DNA of 64,000 bases from Dipteris shenzhenensis (lineage: Eukaryota). A model generated the notes under the pieces. It did no database searches, had not been told where the DNA came from, and saw only the letters and a program-made list of their open reading frames with translations. Within the stretch, counting starts at the first letter, position 1. Every line of letters begins with the position of its first letter. Position numbers and translations under genes: made by a program. The stretch lies in NCBI GenBank assembly GCA_047967505.1, contig CM106538.1; one strand, given 5' to 3'. This document shows positions 1 to 11,840 of this stretch, in pieces.

Positions 1-3000
1 GAAGTGGTTTTGAGAGCGTGTTAAGTGTTTTTAAAGAAAAAGTCGTTTTTTGAGCTTTTCGCTGTTCCGTTCGATGACAAAGACTCCGTATTGACTTGTA
101 GAGGTAACTATTGCTTGCTTTTGGTGTCCACTTCACTTCAGGAGCTTGGAAACACCTTCATTCTTGAATCTGGGATCATTTCATTGGATTTCTGACTCAC
201 TGTGTTAGTTTCTGCGTTTTTCTGCCCGGGTGTTGGAACTCAAGTTTGGAGCAACCATTTGCAGATCTGTCAGTTCCAGTGGACTCAGGAGGTCTTAAAA
301 CTTCTATGTTACTCATCATTCGCACTCCAGTGGAGTTTACAAATAGCTCTATTTCCAAAAACGTTTTTCAGTCTGTGTGTTGGACCCAATGATTGAGACC
401 ACGGTTTCCAAAACCGTCTGTCCCATTGCATTTCGGACGCCCAAAAACCCCTACTTGTCAATTCTTACACAATTCGGTGGAGAATTTTTAGAGTTATAGA
501 TCTTTGTGTATACGATTTCGTCTCTCTGTTATGCATTTTTCATTCTAAGGTTTTGAAACCTTAGATTTATGCCACATGGCAATGGATAAGTGTTGACTCC
601 CATTTCTCACTCATCGGTTGGGATTTTGGAATTCCGGTAGAAGAGAGATATTTGCAGATTTTCTTGCTGAGTCCGATTATGCAATGGCACCCATGTTTTG
701 AGGCATCTTAGGTTCTAGTTTTAGTAGCGGTCATTACCGTGGGACTATGATTTCTTGAGCATACCTTATGCAGATCACTCTGGTTATAGTTTGAGTAGTG
801 TGTGCACTCATTCTTGATGTGCATTGGGTTGCAATGGATGATTTATAGGTCATTTGGATACATTGCGGTCCTTATTGGATGCGCTGATAGGCCCAAATTG
901 CCTTGTGGGATGCTTTTTTTATGGATGCTTTGCACATGGATGCTATTTTATGCTGAGGGACAGCTTTGACACATTGCAGGTGATGCACTGATAGTGCTAT
1001 GCTCTCTTGGATGAGATATTATTAATGCATATTCCAGTGGACGGTGTTTATGCTTGAGTCATTTGGCACTTACTGGCATTTTGGATTGCCATTGCAGTTG
1101 GCATTTTCTTTTGGGCCAGATTTGCTCATATGGATGCATAGTATATGCACATGAGTCAGATGCTTTGAGACATGAGTTTTGGTGATATTTCACTCTATTG
1201 TGGCATACACATTTTGGTGCACCTGGTATTTGGTGTGATTCTCTCTTGTAGGCACTAGCATTTGGGATTTTTGCTTCATTTACATCATGACATCCTCTTC
1301 CATGTCTGAAAAGGAGTTTTTTAGCATTAAAAAGATTCATGGGACAAACTTTTCTTTGTGGAAAGAACAAATAAGGGATGTGCTTATTCAAAAGAAGCAG
1401 ATTAAACCCTTGGCAAGGATTGAAGCTAAGCCTGCAAATATGTCCGAGGATGATTGGAATGAGTTGGATGCATTAGCAAAGTCTACTATTAGACTTCATC
1501 TTGCAGAGTCAGTTTATTTCACAATAGTAAATGAGTGGACTACGGAAGATTTGTGGAAGATATGTGTGCCACTTATGAAAAGGAAACTGCCTCTAATAAA
1601 GTTTACCTCATGAAGAGGTTATTTGAGCTGCATTTGAAGGAAGGGGTCTCCATTGCTTCTCACTTGAATGAATTCAATATTATTTTCAGCCAGCTTCAGG
1701 CTCAAAAGATGAATTTTGATGCGGAGACTAAGGAAATATTTCTCTTATGTTCATTGCCATCCTCATGGGATACCTTCTGTACAACTGTCAGTAACTCTGC
1801 ACCTAGTGGAGCACTGAAATTTGATGATGTTGTGGGTAGCTTGTTGGCCGAGGAGATTAGATGCAAGTCTATGGATGGCAACAAGCACAATGCAGCCTTA
1901 AATGTGCAAAGGGGCAAATCATAATTGAGGGGGAAGTCCCAAGAAAGAGGAAAGTCTCGTAGCAAATCCAGGGCACGGAACATTGAGTGTTACCACTGTG
2001 CCAAGAAGGGCCATATGAAAAAGGATTGCTACAAGCTGAAAAGAGAGCAAAAGGATAAGAAAAATAATGCAAAATGGGGTGCAAATCAAAAGGAAGAGAG
2101 TCCAAGGGAGGACAAAGGAAAAGTGAAGATCGAGGAGATCAATGCAGTCACACATGATAGTGACAATGTCATTCTCTTCATGTCTAGTTTATCTGCAGAG
2201 TTGCTTACCACTTCAGATGATGCATATTCCCAGGATTGGATTTTGGATTCTGGTGCTTCATTCCATGTTACTCCCCATAGGGAATGGTTCTCCACTTATG
2301 ACAATGGAAAGACAGGTTGTGTGCATCTTGGAAATGACTATGCATGTGACATAGTGGGAGTAGGTGACATAAAGATTTCTTTTGCAAATGGGTCTGCATT
2401 TATTTTGAAACATGTGAGACATGTGCCTAAGTTGACCAAGAGTCTTATTTTAGTGGGTCAGCTAGATGATGCTGGTTTTCACACCACTTTTGGCTTTCAG
2501 AGTTGGAAAATTCAGAAGGGCTCTATGCTTTTGGCCAGGGGTGCCAAGTGTGGGACTTTGTATCCCTTACATGTATCAGGGGTATTTGATCATGTTGTTG
2601 CAATAACCGAGCAACCAAGCACTTCTTTGTGGCATTGCAGGTTGGGGAACAGGAGACAGAATGGAATGAAACTCTTATGCTGTTTGGGTTATATACCGCA
2701 TTTGAGTTTCTCTGATTTTAAATTTTGTGAGCACGGTCTCTATGGAAAGCAGATTAAATCAGCCCATAAAAGAAGGGGAAAGAAAGAGTTTGAAAAGCTT
2801 GATTTTGTACATTCAGATAGATGTGGTCCCATGCCTACACGGTCCTTAGGTGGGGCTAAATACTATGTGACATTCATTGATGATGCAACTAGGAAAGTGT
2901 GGGCTTATGCTATAGCTCGGAAGAGTGACGTGTTCCAGGTATTTCAGAAATGGCTAGCCTTGGTTGAGAATCAGTCATGTAGAATGCTTAAATGCCTACG

Positions 3001-5563
3001 GACTGACAATGGTGGAGAGTATCTCTCTCATGACATTCAGCATTTCTGTGATACACATGGGATTAAGAGGGAGCTCACATCCCCTCATACTCTAGAGCAA
3101 AATCCAGTTGCAGAAAAGATGAACCGTACTATTCAAGAAAGGTTGCAATGCATGCTTTCCAATGCAAGTCTTTCTGGTGGTTTTTGGGCTGAGGCAATGA
3201 AGATTGCAGTGCATGTGATCAATAGATCACCTAGTAAAAGTTTGGATGGTGGTATTCTTGAAGAGGCATGGAGTGGCAAGAAGCCCTCTTACTCTCATTT
3301 GCATATATTTGGGTGTGAGGCATATGCACATGTGCCAAAAGAGCTTCGAAAGAAGCTAGATCCTAAGTCTACGAAATACATCTTTTTGGGTTATGGTGAA
3401 AGTGGAGAGATGGGCAATCGTCTCTAGGATCCAGAAGTAAAGAAGATCATATGCAACCATGATGTAGTCTTGAATGAGAAGAAGATGCATAAGGCACCCA
3501 TGAGGGATGTGGAAATGAGGAGAATCACTTTCCAAGATGTGAATCTGGCTGCATATGTTGATAGACAGAAAGCTGTCCATGCACCAAATGTGCAAGAAAT
3601 GGTACCATCAAGTACTCCCATAGGTATACAATCAAGGGTAAATGATGAATCATCTATTGGTGGAAATGATGAGCCAAATGTAGCTGATATAGTGGGACAG
3701 CAAGCTGAAATGCCCTTGAGAAGATCATCTAGAGTGTGTAGACCACCTGATAGGTTTGTTCCAGGGGTAGACTATGTGATGCTTACTGATTGCGGGGAGC
3801 CTTCTTACTACAGAGAGGCTATGATGCACGAGGATCAACGCAAGTGGGAGTATGCTATGCAATTAGAGATGAATTCACTTATGAAGAATAAGACTTGGAC
3901 TCGTTCGGTTTCTTTGCCACATGGAAAGAAAGCATTGCCATGTAAATGGGTCTACAAAATGAAGGTCACAGGTGATGATGTGCCTAGGTACAAGGCTCGT
4001 TTGGTCGCTAAAGGGTTCAAGCAAGAGAAGGGTGTGGAATTTGATGAGATATTCTCTCCGGTCGTGAAGATGACCACACTTAGATGCATGCTTGGACTAG
4101 TGGCAGCAGAAGATATGGAGCTTATGTAGATGGATGTCAAGACAGCTTTCTTGCATGGGGATTTGCATGAGGAAATTTACATGCTATAGCCGGAAGGCTT
4201 TGAAGAAAAGGGCAAAGAGCATTTAGTTTGCAAGCTGAAGAAGAGTCTCTATGGTCTTAAGCAAGCGCCTAGAGAATGGTATCAGAAGTTTGATGCTTTC
4301 ATTCGGTCCCAGTGTTTTAGAAGGAGTGAAATTAATCACTGCCTTTACACTAAAAGGGCTAAGGATAATAGCCTGATAATCTTGGCACTATATGTGGATG
4401 ATATGTTATTGGCTAGCAAGAATACTTATGAGTTAGGTGCATTAAAGGCCAAGTTGCATGAGGCCTTTGATATGAAGGATTTGGGACTTGCAGGTCATAT
4501 CCTTAGCATGCGCATCACGCGTGATCGGAGTAGGAAACTCCTTTGGCTTTCACAAAAAGAGTATATTACAAAAGTATTGCAACGTTTCAATATGGAGGGG
4601 GGGAAGGTAGTGAGTACTCCATTGCCTCAATATGTGAAACTGAGTCATACAGATAGTCCCAAATCAGATGAGGAAAGGGCCATGATGGCCAAGGTTCCTT
4701 ATGCATCAGCAGTTGGGAGTCTTATGTATGCTATGATAGCTACTAGACTAGACAGTGGGAGTTGTTAGCCGGTATATGGCTAATCCAGGAAAGAGGCATT
4801 GGGAGGCAGTTAAGTGCATCATGAGGTACATGAAGGGTACCAAGGAGATGTGCATCTGCTTTGGTAGAAGAGACATGCGTGTACTTGGGTACATAGATTT
4901 AGACTATGCAACACATGTGGATAGTAGGAGATCCACTTCTAGTTATGTGTTCACCTTTGCAGGTGGTGCAGTGTCGTGGATGTCTCGCGCACAGAAGTGC
5001 ATTGCTTTGTCTACCACAGAGGCTGAGTATGTTGCAGCCATAGAGGGTTGCAAGGAGGCTATAAGGCTTGATTAGCTAGTGGGAGATTTGGGGATTTATA
5101 CAGGTGTACCGACATTGCATAGTGATTCCATGAGTGCTATTCAGCTAGCACGGAATCCGATCTTTCATGCAAAGACCAAACACATTGAGTTCAGGTACCA
5201 TTTCATCAGGGAGGTACTTGAGGACAAGCGCATAGAGCTTGTCAAGGTTCATACAGATGATAACCCTGCAGATATGCTGATGAAGAGTCTACCTAGTCAA
5301 CGGTTTGAGTATTATCATGTATTGATGGGCATTGGATAGTATGCTCATTGATTGCTCTCCCTTAAAGGCACACTGTCCTTTAAGTGGGAGGTTCTAGGGG
5401 TTAAAGGTCATTGTGCCTTTACCCCGGTTATGTACAATACTCAAACACATATATAAATGAATGAAAAAGAAGATTAGGGTGGTTTTGCACCCACCAAAAC
5501 TTGTGTGGCTCTCTGTTTCTCTCTCTCCCTCTTTCGTTCTTGCTTCCGTTGAGAGCACTCTTG
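1..5563 (+). mobile_element. Ty1/copia LTR retrotransposon (Tnt1/Tork-like), decayed; 5' end outside the window, 3' LTR truncated
   Basis: Domain order is gag, zinc knuckle, protease, integrase, RT, RNase H. The PPT-like AAGTGGGAG (~5382-5390) follows the pol stop. About 170 bp of LTR-like sequence then runs into a gypsy LTR. Confidence 0.92.
1287..5339 (+). pseudogene. copia gag-pol with several stops and frameshifts
   Basis: gag GTNFSLWK..AKSTIRLHLA; CYHCAKKGHMKKDC knuckle; protease WILDSGASFH; LWHCRLG pre-integrase; integrase FIDDATR/RTDNGGEY; RT KARLVAKG, YVDDML; RNase H STTEAEY, KHIEFRYHF. Split over at least 7 ORFs. Confidence 0.95.
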
Positions 5564-6435
5564 GTAAGAGGACCCATAAGGTGTGTTGTACATAATCCAT
5601 GGTAGTAATATTATAAAATGTTAAGGTGGCATGGCTCCTCCATGTGCCACCCCTCCACCTAGGCAGTCCCATGCCCGCACTTAGTGAGATATGGCCCAAA
5701 GTCCATTGGAGAAGTAATATAAAATAGATGGAGATGGATATTATATCGGGTTATTCCCTCCATATAGGATAGGCCCATGTGGGGGAGGTATAGAAGGTCC
5801 AAGAGTATAAGTTAAATAATGGGGAAAGTAGGATGAGGTGGCAAGATTCCTTGTGCCAACCCTCCACTTGTCCTCCTAAATGTCTGAACGTATTATAAAA
5901 TTGGGAAGAGACCAAGGAAGTATCATAGACTTGGGATATGGGAGTTGATATATGTGGAAAAATGTGGCCAAGTGTTATCACACACAATTGAGAGTGTGTA
6001 ACCACCTAGCCCACATGGGAGACTCTTCCACACACACCATGCATGTGGCAGAATGCATTTATTGGGAGAGACCCTCTCTCTTGGCTATAAAAGGAGGGGG
6101 CTATTCCTTGATGGGACATGCTCAATGCTCATTCTTGTAGAGCCACCTTGCTATTACTTTGATATTTCCCCCTCATCCTTCCTTTCAAATAAAGCATGAC
6201 CCTCTTCCCTTGATATCTCCATCTCTACATTCCTCCTCCACCCATGTACATACTCCTCTTTCCCCTCTCCCTCTCCCCTTGTGCCATAGTCTCCTTCTTC
6301 TTTCCCTCCTCTCTTAATCCCTTTTCCCCACCCATGTTAATGCTTTGCCCCTCATGTTCCCTATTCCTCTATGGCCCTCAAGCGTCGCCATACCTATCCT
6401 CTAGCCTCTTGTCTTGATTTCTTTTCTGGCTAATA
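5564..6435 (+). repeat. partial 5' LTR of gypsy copy 1
   Basis: Matches the LTRs at 20467-21455 and 29522-30508. TATAAAA at 6086-6092, AATAAA near 6188, ends GGCTAATA. Confidence 0.92.
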
Positions 6436-6439
6436 GAAA

Positions 6440-6457
6440 TGGTGTGGCTGCTGGGAT
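6440..6457 (+). promoter_or_regulatory. primer-binding site complementary to the 3' end of tRNA-His(GUG)
   Basis: TGGTGTGGCTGCTGGGAT, 4 nt after the LTR end. It is the reverse complement of ATCCCAGCAGCCACACCA, the plant cytosolic tRNA-His 3' end as I recall it. Confidence 0.8.
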
Positions 6458-6864
6458 CGAAATCTCCATGGCTAGTGGTGTAAAATCTATTACTCCTATG
6501 ACTAGGTGCGGCTCTGCGGCCAAACCTCCTTGCTTTTGCACTTCCAGTCTAGTTGATTTCTGCTTGCGGTTCCTACGTGTATTCTGGCTGCCGAATCTTC
6601 TGCTCATACCGGCCACATCTGCAAAACTATAACATCCATGCTCCCTCTGAGTTCCTGCGTGCGCATTTGTGCATCTACTGTGTACACCCGCATGCATCGC
6701 GGATAGATCGCAATGGTTTTTTGGGCTCCTATATCTTCTGGTCACGGACAGTTTTTATGGGCTTCTGCAAAACTGTAACAGATCCCGCGCCCCCCCCTCT
6801 CTTCTCTTTCTCTTTCTCTTTCTCTTTCTCTTCTCCTTCTCCTCTCCTTTCTTTTTATTGAAGA

Positions 6865-6921
6865 GTGGGATTTGAACCCAAGACCTCCCCCTTCACAAAA
6901 GGGAGACTTATCATTGGGCCA
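6865..6921 (-). other. antisense tRNA-like motif with Pol III A/B boxes in the gypsy leader (copy 1)
   Basis: Minus strand TGGCCCAATGATAAGTCT-CCCTT-TTGTGAA-GGGGG-AGGTC-TTGGG-TTCAAAT-CCCAC has canonical tRNA arm spacing but no acceptor stem. Confidence 0.6.
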
Positions 6922-7133
6922 GCAGATAAGAAGTGATGAAAATGTACTGATATTGCTTATATATTGAAATCCCATGAACTGTAACTCTCTAACCATGGGG
7001 AGTTTTTACATGCTGTAAAAAGCAAAAGTACTTCACTTCATGTGCTCTACTCATATCTCCTACTAGATTGCAAATTCTGAACTTTTCCAAGTTCACTTCA
7101 GGGACGCACGCCACACGAGGAGGGTGGATATTT

Positions 7134-7541
7134 ATGTCACTTCTCGACAAGTTCAAGGATTTGGTGCCTGGTCCTCCGCACCTTACGACTACCAATGGGC
7201 GAGATCTCTTTCTTGATCTTCATGTCGATCTTCAACAATTGATTGTACAGTGCATTGCTCAAGGAGACGATGAGTGGGATAATACATCGTGGATGATTCA
7301 AGGTGAAGAACTAGTGATATGCTGGGAGGACTTTGATTTCAATTCTACTCATTGTGCAGTGATCGATCTACTTGCTACTTTGGAGGTAATTAAAAGGGTG
7401 CCCTTCGAAGGGTGGGATGCTCCCCAAGCTTGGGGGGCGATCTGGTGCATCTGGTTATTAATTCCTGTGGATAAGCTCGTCTTGAATGGTTTATTCTCAA
7501 TCTCACTACAAAGGTTTCTAGGGATCGGCTATGGTTGGTAA
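7134..7541 (+). CDS. gypsy accessory ORF-A, 135 aa, unknown function (copy 1, open)
   Basis: MSLLDKFKD...LGIGYGW*. About 13 synonymous codon differences and one in-frame 3-nt indel relative to copy 2. The stop overlaps the next start (TAATG). Confidence 0.7.
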   Translation: MSLLDKFKDLVPGPPHLTTTNGRDLFLDLHVDLQQLIVQCIAQGDDEWDNTSWMIQGEELVICWEDFDFNSTHCAVIDLLATLEVIKRVPFEGWDAPQAWGAIWCIWLLIPVDKLVLNGLFSISLQRFLGIGYGW

Positions 7542-7729
7542 TGTTTCGACCAAGGAATCCCTTTGTACCTAATCAATCCTTTGTGCCTCATTTTGAGCTT
7601 CAAGTTGTAATTCTTTTTTGTCTAAAGATAAACTATTAACAAAGGATTGCAAGTTTATTTGGTGCTGAACGTTTGGCTCAAGTATTGAATTCTCCCCACC
7701 CTCTCCTTCTACCTATCTTGGACTACTAA
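7541..7729 (+). pseudogene. gypsy accessory ORF-B, 62 aa (copy 1; one internal CAA>TAA)
   Basis: MFRPRNPFVPNQSFVPHFELQVVILFCLKINY*QRIASLFGAERLAQVLNSPHPLLLPILDY*. Mostly synonymous differences relative to copy 2. Confidence 0.65.
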
Positions 7730-7764
7730 GAAACTTGGGATGTCCAAATTTTAGCCTTGGTGTG

Positions 7765-8222
7765 ATGACATCTTGGATCCTTCAATTTGATGGAGCTTAC
7801 AAACCTTCGACTAAGGCTACTGGCATGGGTGCGAAGCTCACTTCACCAGGTGGTGAGGAGTATTGTTATAGGAAGTCTGCACCTACAAGTACTTGCAACC
7901 AAGCTGAGTACTCGGCACTCATTTTTGGGCTACAAAAGGTGCATGAACATCGCATCAAGAAACTTGAGGTGCAAGGAGATTCTCAACTCATGTGTGAACA
8001 AGTTAGTGGAAGGTGCAGAGCAAAGGCTTGGTTCCACAACATCAACAAGCATTGGAACTTTACCAACAATTTGATGAGGTAAAAATTCAGCATATCCCTC
8101 GAGCTCAAAATATAGTTGCTGATTTCTTAGCACGTGAAGCTTGTACTTCAATCACACATGAAGCGAGTGGAAGCACCGCCCCAACAAAGCTGCAAGCCAT
8201 GAATGAGGGTGATCATTTGTAA
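7765..8222 (+). pseudogene. stand-alone archaeal-type RNase HI ORF (copy 1; 7-bp deletion frameshift near 8010)
   Basis: LQFDGA, CNQAEYSAL, QGDSQL, IQHIPRAQNIVADFLAR. Confidence 0.9.
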
Positions 8223-8361
8223 GGAATGCAAAGGTTGTGGTCATCATGAAACTAAGTGTTGTGCATATTTGTTGATACGAGTTCACCAACTTCGGAACAT
8301 CATCAGAAAGGTCCTTAAGGACATTGCACAAAAGAAGGATGCCAGACCGCAGACCCCTTAA
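8203..8361 (+). CDS. gypsy accessory ORF-D, 52 aa, Cys/His-rich and basic (copy 1)
   Basis: MRVIICKECKGCGHHETKCCAYLLIRVHQLRNIIRKVLKDIAQKKDARPQTP*. Overlaps the end of the RNase H ORF. Frame and stop position are kept in copy 2. Confidence 0.55.
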   Translation: MRVIICKECKGCGHHETKCCAYLLIRVHQLRNIIRKVLKDIAQKKDARPQTP

Positions 8362-8690
8362 AGAAATAGCATGGCGACTACAAGAACTAGAAGAAGCTGA
8401 AGGTGATGTGTAAGCCCTCCAACTGTTGACATTTGTCATGGCATTCTTGTTTCCCTTGATGAACAACCTCATGCAGTGCCGCGTCTCTAACCCTCGCTTG
8501 TAAAGATGGATGCAATATCATGAGGATTGGTCCTTTTAAGATTGTTTATGAGCTATTCTATGCTAAAGATTCTTCTCGTATAGTATTTTACAATACACCA
8601 GTCACACCCTACCTTGCCTATGTATGCTTTGTGGATGTATCTTCACCTGATTTTTAGTTTAAGCTTCCTCTTTCTATTGTTTGTCAATAG
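8339..8690 (+). pseudogene. gypsy accessory ORF-E (8339-8503) and ORF-F (8520-8690), copy 1, each with one C>T nonsense change
   Basis: Same lengths and stop positions as the open ORFs at 23398-23562 and 23579-23749. Confidence 0.5.
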
Positions 8691-8730
8691 ATAAGCCTCA
8701 TTTTGCCTCTCTCTTTTCCATTTTCCAAGC

Positions 8731-11080
8731 ATGGCAGACATTCCTGTGTTCTGTGGATGGGTTGAAGAAAATGCAAGTGAGTATCTTGTGGCCTTCAAGC
8801 GTCGTTGTGTTTCTCTCAACTTTCTTACTGAAGAAAGATGGCTGTTGGTTCTTCCCACATTTCTAGAGGGTTTGGCTCAAGTGTGGTATGAGAAGCAAGC
8901 TGAACATGTTCGCCAAAGCTAGCCAAGGTTGACAGTAGCGATGATTGAGTATTTCGATAAAGAAGAGGAGCCGGAGAGTGTGTACCTGCAAGTGGAAAAC
9001 TTGAAGCAGTGAGAAGGTGTGACGGCACATCGATATGTGGATTGAGCGGCCATGCTCCTGGACCGTTTAATTTCCACGTAGGGGGACAATGTCGAATTTT
9101 GAGTTGGAATGACTCAGCATGTGTTGGGCTACCTTGTAGTAGGAGCAAGTGATGAATTCTGCCTCAAGCTTAAATGGGAAAATCCATAAACTATGGTGCT
9201 AGCACATGAGATCGCTCAAAAGTTTGATAAAGTTCAGTCTGACCCCGCTTCAAAGAAGACGATTGTCCCTCTGCAACCCCCTCAATTCTTGCAATAACAA
9301 CTTGGGGGGTCCAACTCAGGGGCATTACCCCACCCCTCATTAGGGATGTATCCACTGCCTCCACCTCAAATGTATGGTCCTCCCTTAGATGCTTACCCTC
9401 AACAAGGAGTATATCCTCAACCTCCGCTTGGAATATTTCCCCAACCTCGCCCACGAGCCCCCCTCCTTTCTACTCCCTCAGCCCCTCTAGCTAAAGAGGC
9501 CTCTCCTGCAAAAGAACCCAGAGACAATGACCTAGCCAAGGCCTTGAATGATCTTCGGCTCGAGATGGTGGGCATCAAAAATCAAGCCAATCGCCCTCCA
9601 AGAGAACATGCCAATGTTGTATGCTATGAGTGCCACCAGAAGGGGCATTATCGCACCAAATGTCCCAATATTCCAAGGGTGAATCTTCTAAGTAAAGCAG
9701 GCTCCAAGGATTCTGATGTAGAGATCTTAACCTCAGGAAGAGAAGTCATACCACCTTGGACCCCTTTCCAAACCGTGGACCAGGCCACCCCAAGAAGAAG
9801 GTCTCCTTCTCAGAGCCCTCAGATGGTGAGATGGCAGACTCACCAACAAAGAAGACTAAAAGATCTCGCAGGAGTAAGTGGTCGCCTTCGGATTTCCCTA
9901 TCGGCTCAGGGCAAGAAGACTATTCAGTCATTCAGGACCTTACTCATCGTTCTCTGAGCATCATGCTTCCTCAACTACTAGCATTAAGCCCTAAGGTGAG
10001 GCGTGAGTTGCAGTAAGGGCTGTCAACAAGGAAGAGCAATAAAAAGGGAAAGGTACGAGAGATTTCTTCTATCTCTGAAGAAGTTGATCGGCACCCGCAT
10101 ACAGTAGATGTCATCATAGATAATTGCCGTGTCAAAAGTGTGTGTGTTGATGGGGGAGCTACATGTAATATCATGGTGCCCATATCATGAAGAAGTTGAA
10201 TTTGAAATACACAAGGCATTCCTCCACTCGAATCAAGGTAGCCGATGGTTGATGACTCACCACCTTGGGAGTCATCGAGGATTTGCGCATCACTATCAAT
10301 GGATTGACCACCACTATCAATTTCTATGTAGTGGACATTGAAGATACAAGCAGGAGGTACCCAGCCATACTCGGGAGACCATGGTTGAGAAAGAGTGATG
10401 CAATTGGCTACTGGAAGACAGGACACATGTCTTTTGGTACTTCAAAGGAGAAGATCCGCAACCTGGTGCCGCTGAACCAGAAAAAGAAGAGCAAGATAGT
10501 GATTCTCTCTCATCCTCAATGTTTGAGTCAATGGAAGATTCAGACAGGGGGGAGGAGTTCTCAAAGGAAGAAGTTTACATGATGGAGGTGTCTCCGACTC
10601 CGCCACCCACAGAAAAGGTAACAGTTAGTCCTCAACAACTTGAATCTATGCTTTCCCTAGACCTCACTCCAAGTGAGAAAGATGAGTTTCTAGAAATGTT
10701 CAAAGGCTTCCCTAACCTCTTTGCAACTAGCTACCACCACCTTCGCCATGTGACTGCCATAGAACACAAGATAGAGCTAAAGCCTGATGCTAAGCCAGTG
10801 GCTCAGAACTTTCGGAGATTAGGGCCCCTACAGACCGATGCTTTGCGCTCAGAGTTGCAGAAGCTTGTAGATGCTAGGTTTATTATTCCGGTTCATAATA
10901 GTGAATGGGTTTCACCAGTGGTAGTCATCCCAAAGAAAAACAACAAGTGGCGGGTCTGCATCGACCATAAGAAACTCAATGCGGCCACCAAGAGGGATCA
11001 TCATCCTCTGCCCTTTCAAGACCTCATTCTTGAGAAGGTAAGTGGTCATGAGATGTATACTTTTTGTGATGGTTACTCTG
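8731..11080 (+). pseudogene. gypsy gag-protease-RT(N-term), decayed (copy 1)
   Basis: gag MADIPVFCG..FLEGLAQVWYE; CYECHQKGHYRTKC knuckle; protease ILGRPWL; RT SEWVSPVVVIPKKNNKWRVCID. Confidence 0.9.
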
Positions 11081-11840
11081 ATGATTTTTAATTTTATAAA
11101 TAAACTTTTTTTAATAAAATGTTAATTTATTTAAATTAATAAATGGTATATATATTAAAGAAAAAGAAGCATAACTTTTTTACATTTGAAATATTTACAT
11201 ATTTATAAATTAGATTGAAATTAATATAAAGTATACTATTTTCAAATAGAAGATATATATATTGATTTAAATTAATACAAATTATATTATATTAAATTAC
11301 TTATTTAAATAAAAATGTATATATTTATTCAATATTTGGTACACTAATTTTATGTTATAATTAATATAAGATATATTCACTTAAAATAAAATATATATGA
11401 TTATTTAAATTAATAAAAGCTATATTAATAAAAATGTATTCATATATTTGAATTTGATGTATTAAATTTATATTAATATATTTATAACTTAAAATATATC
11501 AAATTAATCTAAGGTATTTTAATAAAAGGTATATAAAATTTTAATACTCATAAAAAATATAAGAAATATTACTATAAGTAGTTAAAAATTAGATTGAATA
11601 AATTCTCTAAAATAAAAAATGTATTTATATATTTTAATTTGGTATAGTTACATATTTGTAAATTGGATTTAAATTAATATAAGCTACATTAATTTAAAAT
11701 ACAAGATGTTTATTTATTTAAATAATAAAGGATATATTAATTTAAAATATTCTTAAATTAGTACAAGATATATTAATACAAATATTCATACTATAAATAT
11801 ATAATTAATTAAATTGATATAAGATATATAAGTAAATTTG
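11081..11840. repeat. extremely AT-rich low-complexity block
   Basis: Almost only A/T with recurring AATTAATATAAG-type motifs. Starts exactly where gypsy copy 1 ends. Confidence 0.75.

Larger units (their letters stand above)
5564..11080 (+). mobile_element. Ty3/gypsy element, copy 1 (5' LTR lacks its first ~140 bp; truncated within RT)
   Basis: Colinear with 20607-26136 of copy 2: LTR, PBS, leader, accessory ORFs, gag, protease (CVDGG), RT start (DHKKLNAATKRDHHPLPFQD). Homology stops at GGTTACTCTG (11080). Confidence 0.93.

Noticed and set aside
6865-6921. Functional tRNA-His gene or self-encoded primer
   Set aside because: There is no acceptor stem, the D-stem is poor, and the 3' end matches the PBS over only ~6 nt. 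Kept only as a tRNA-like motif.
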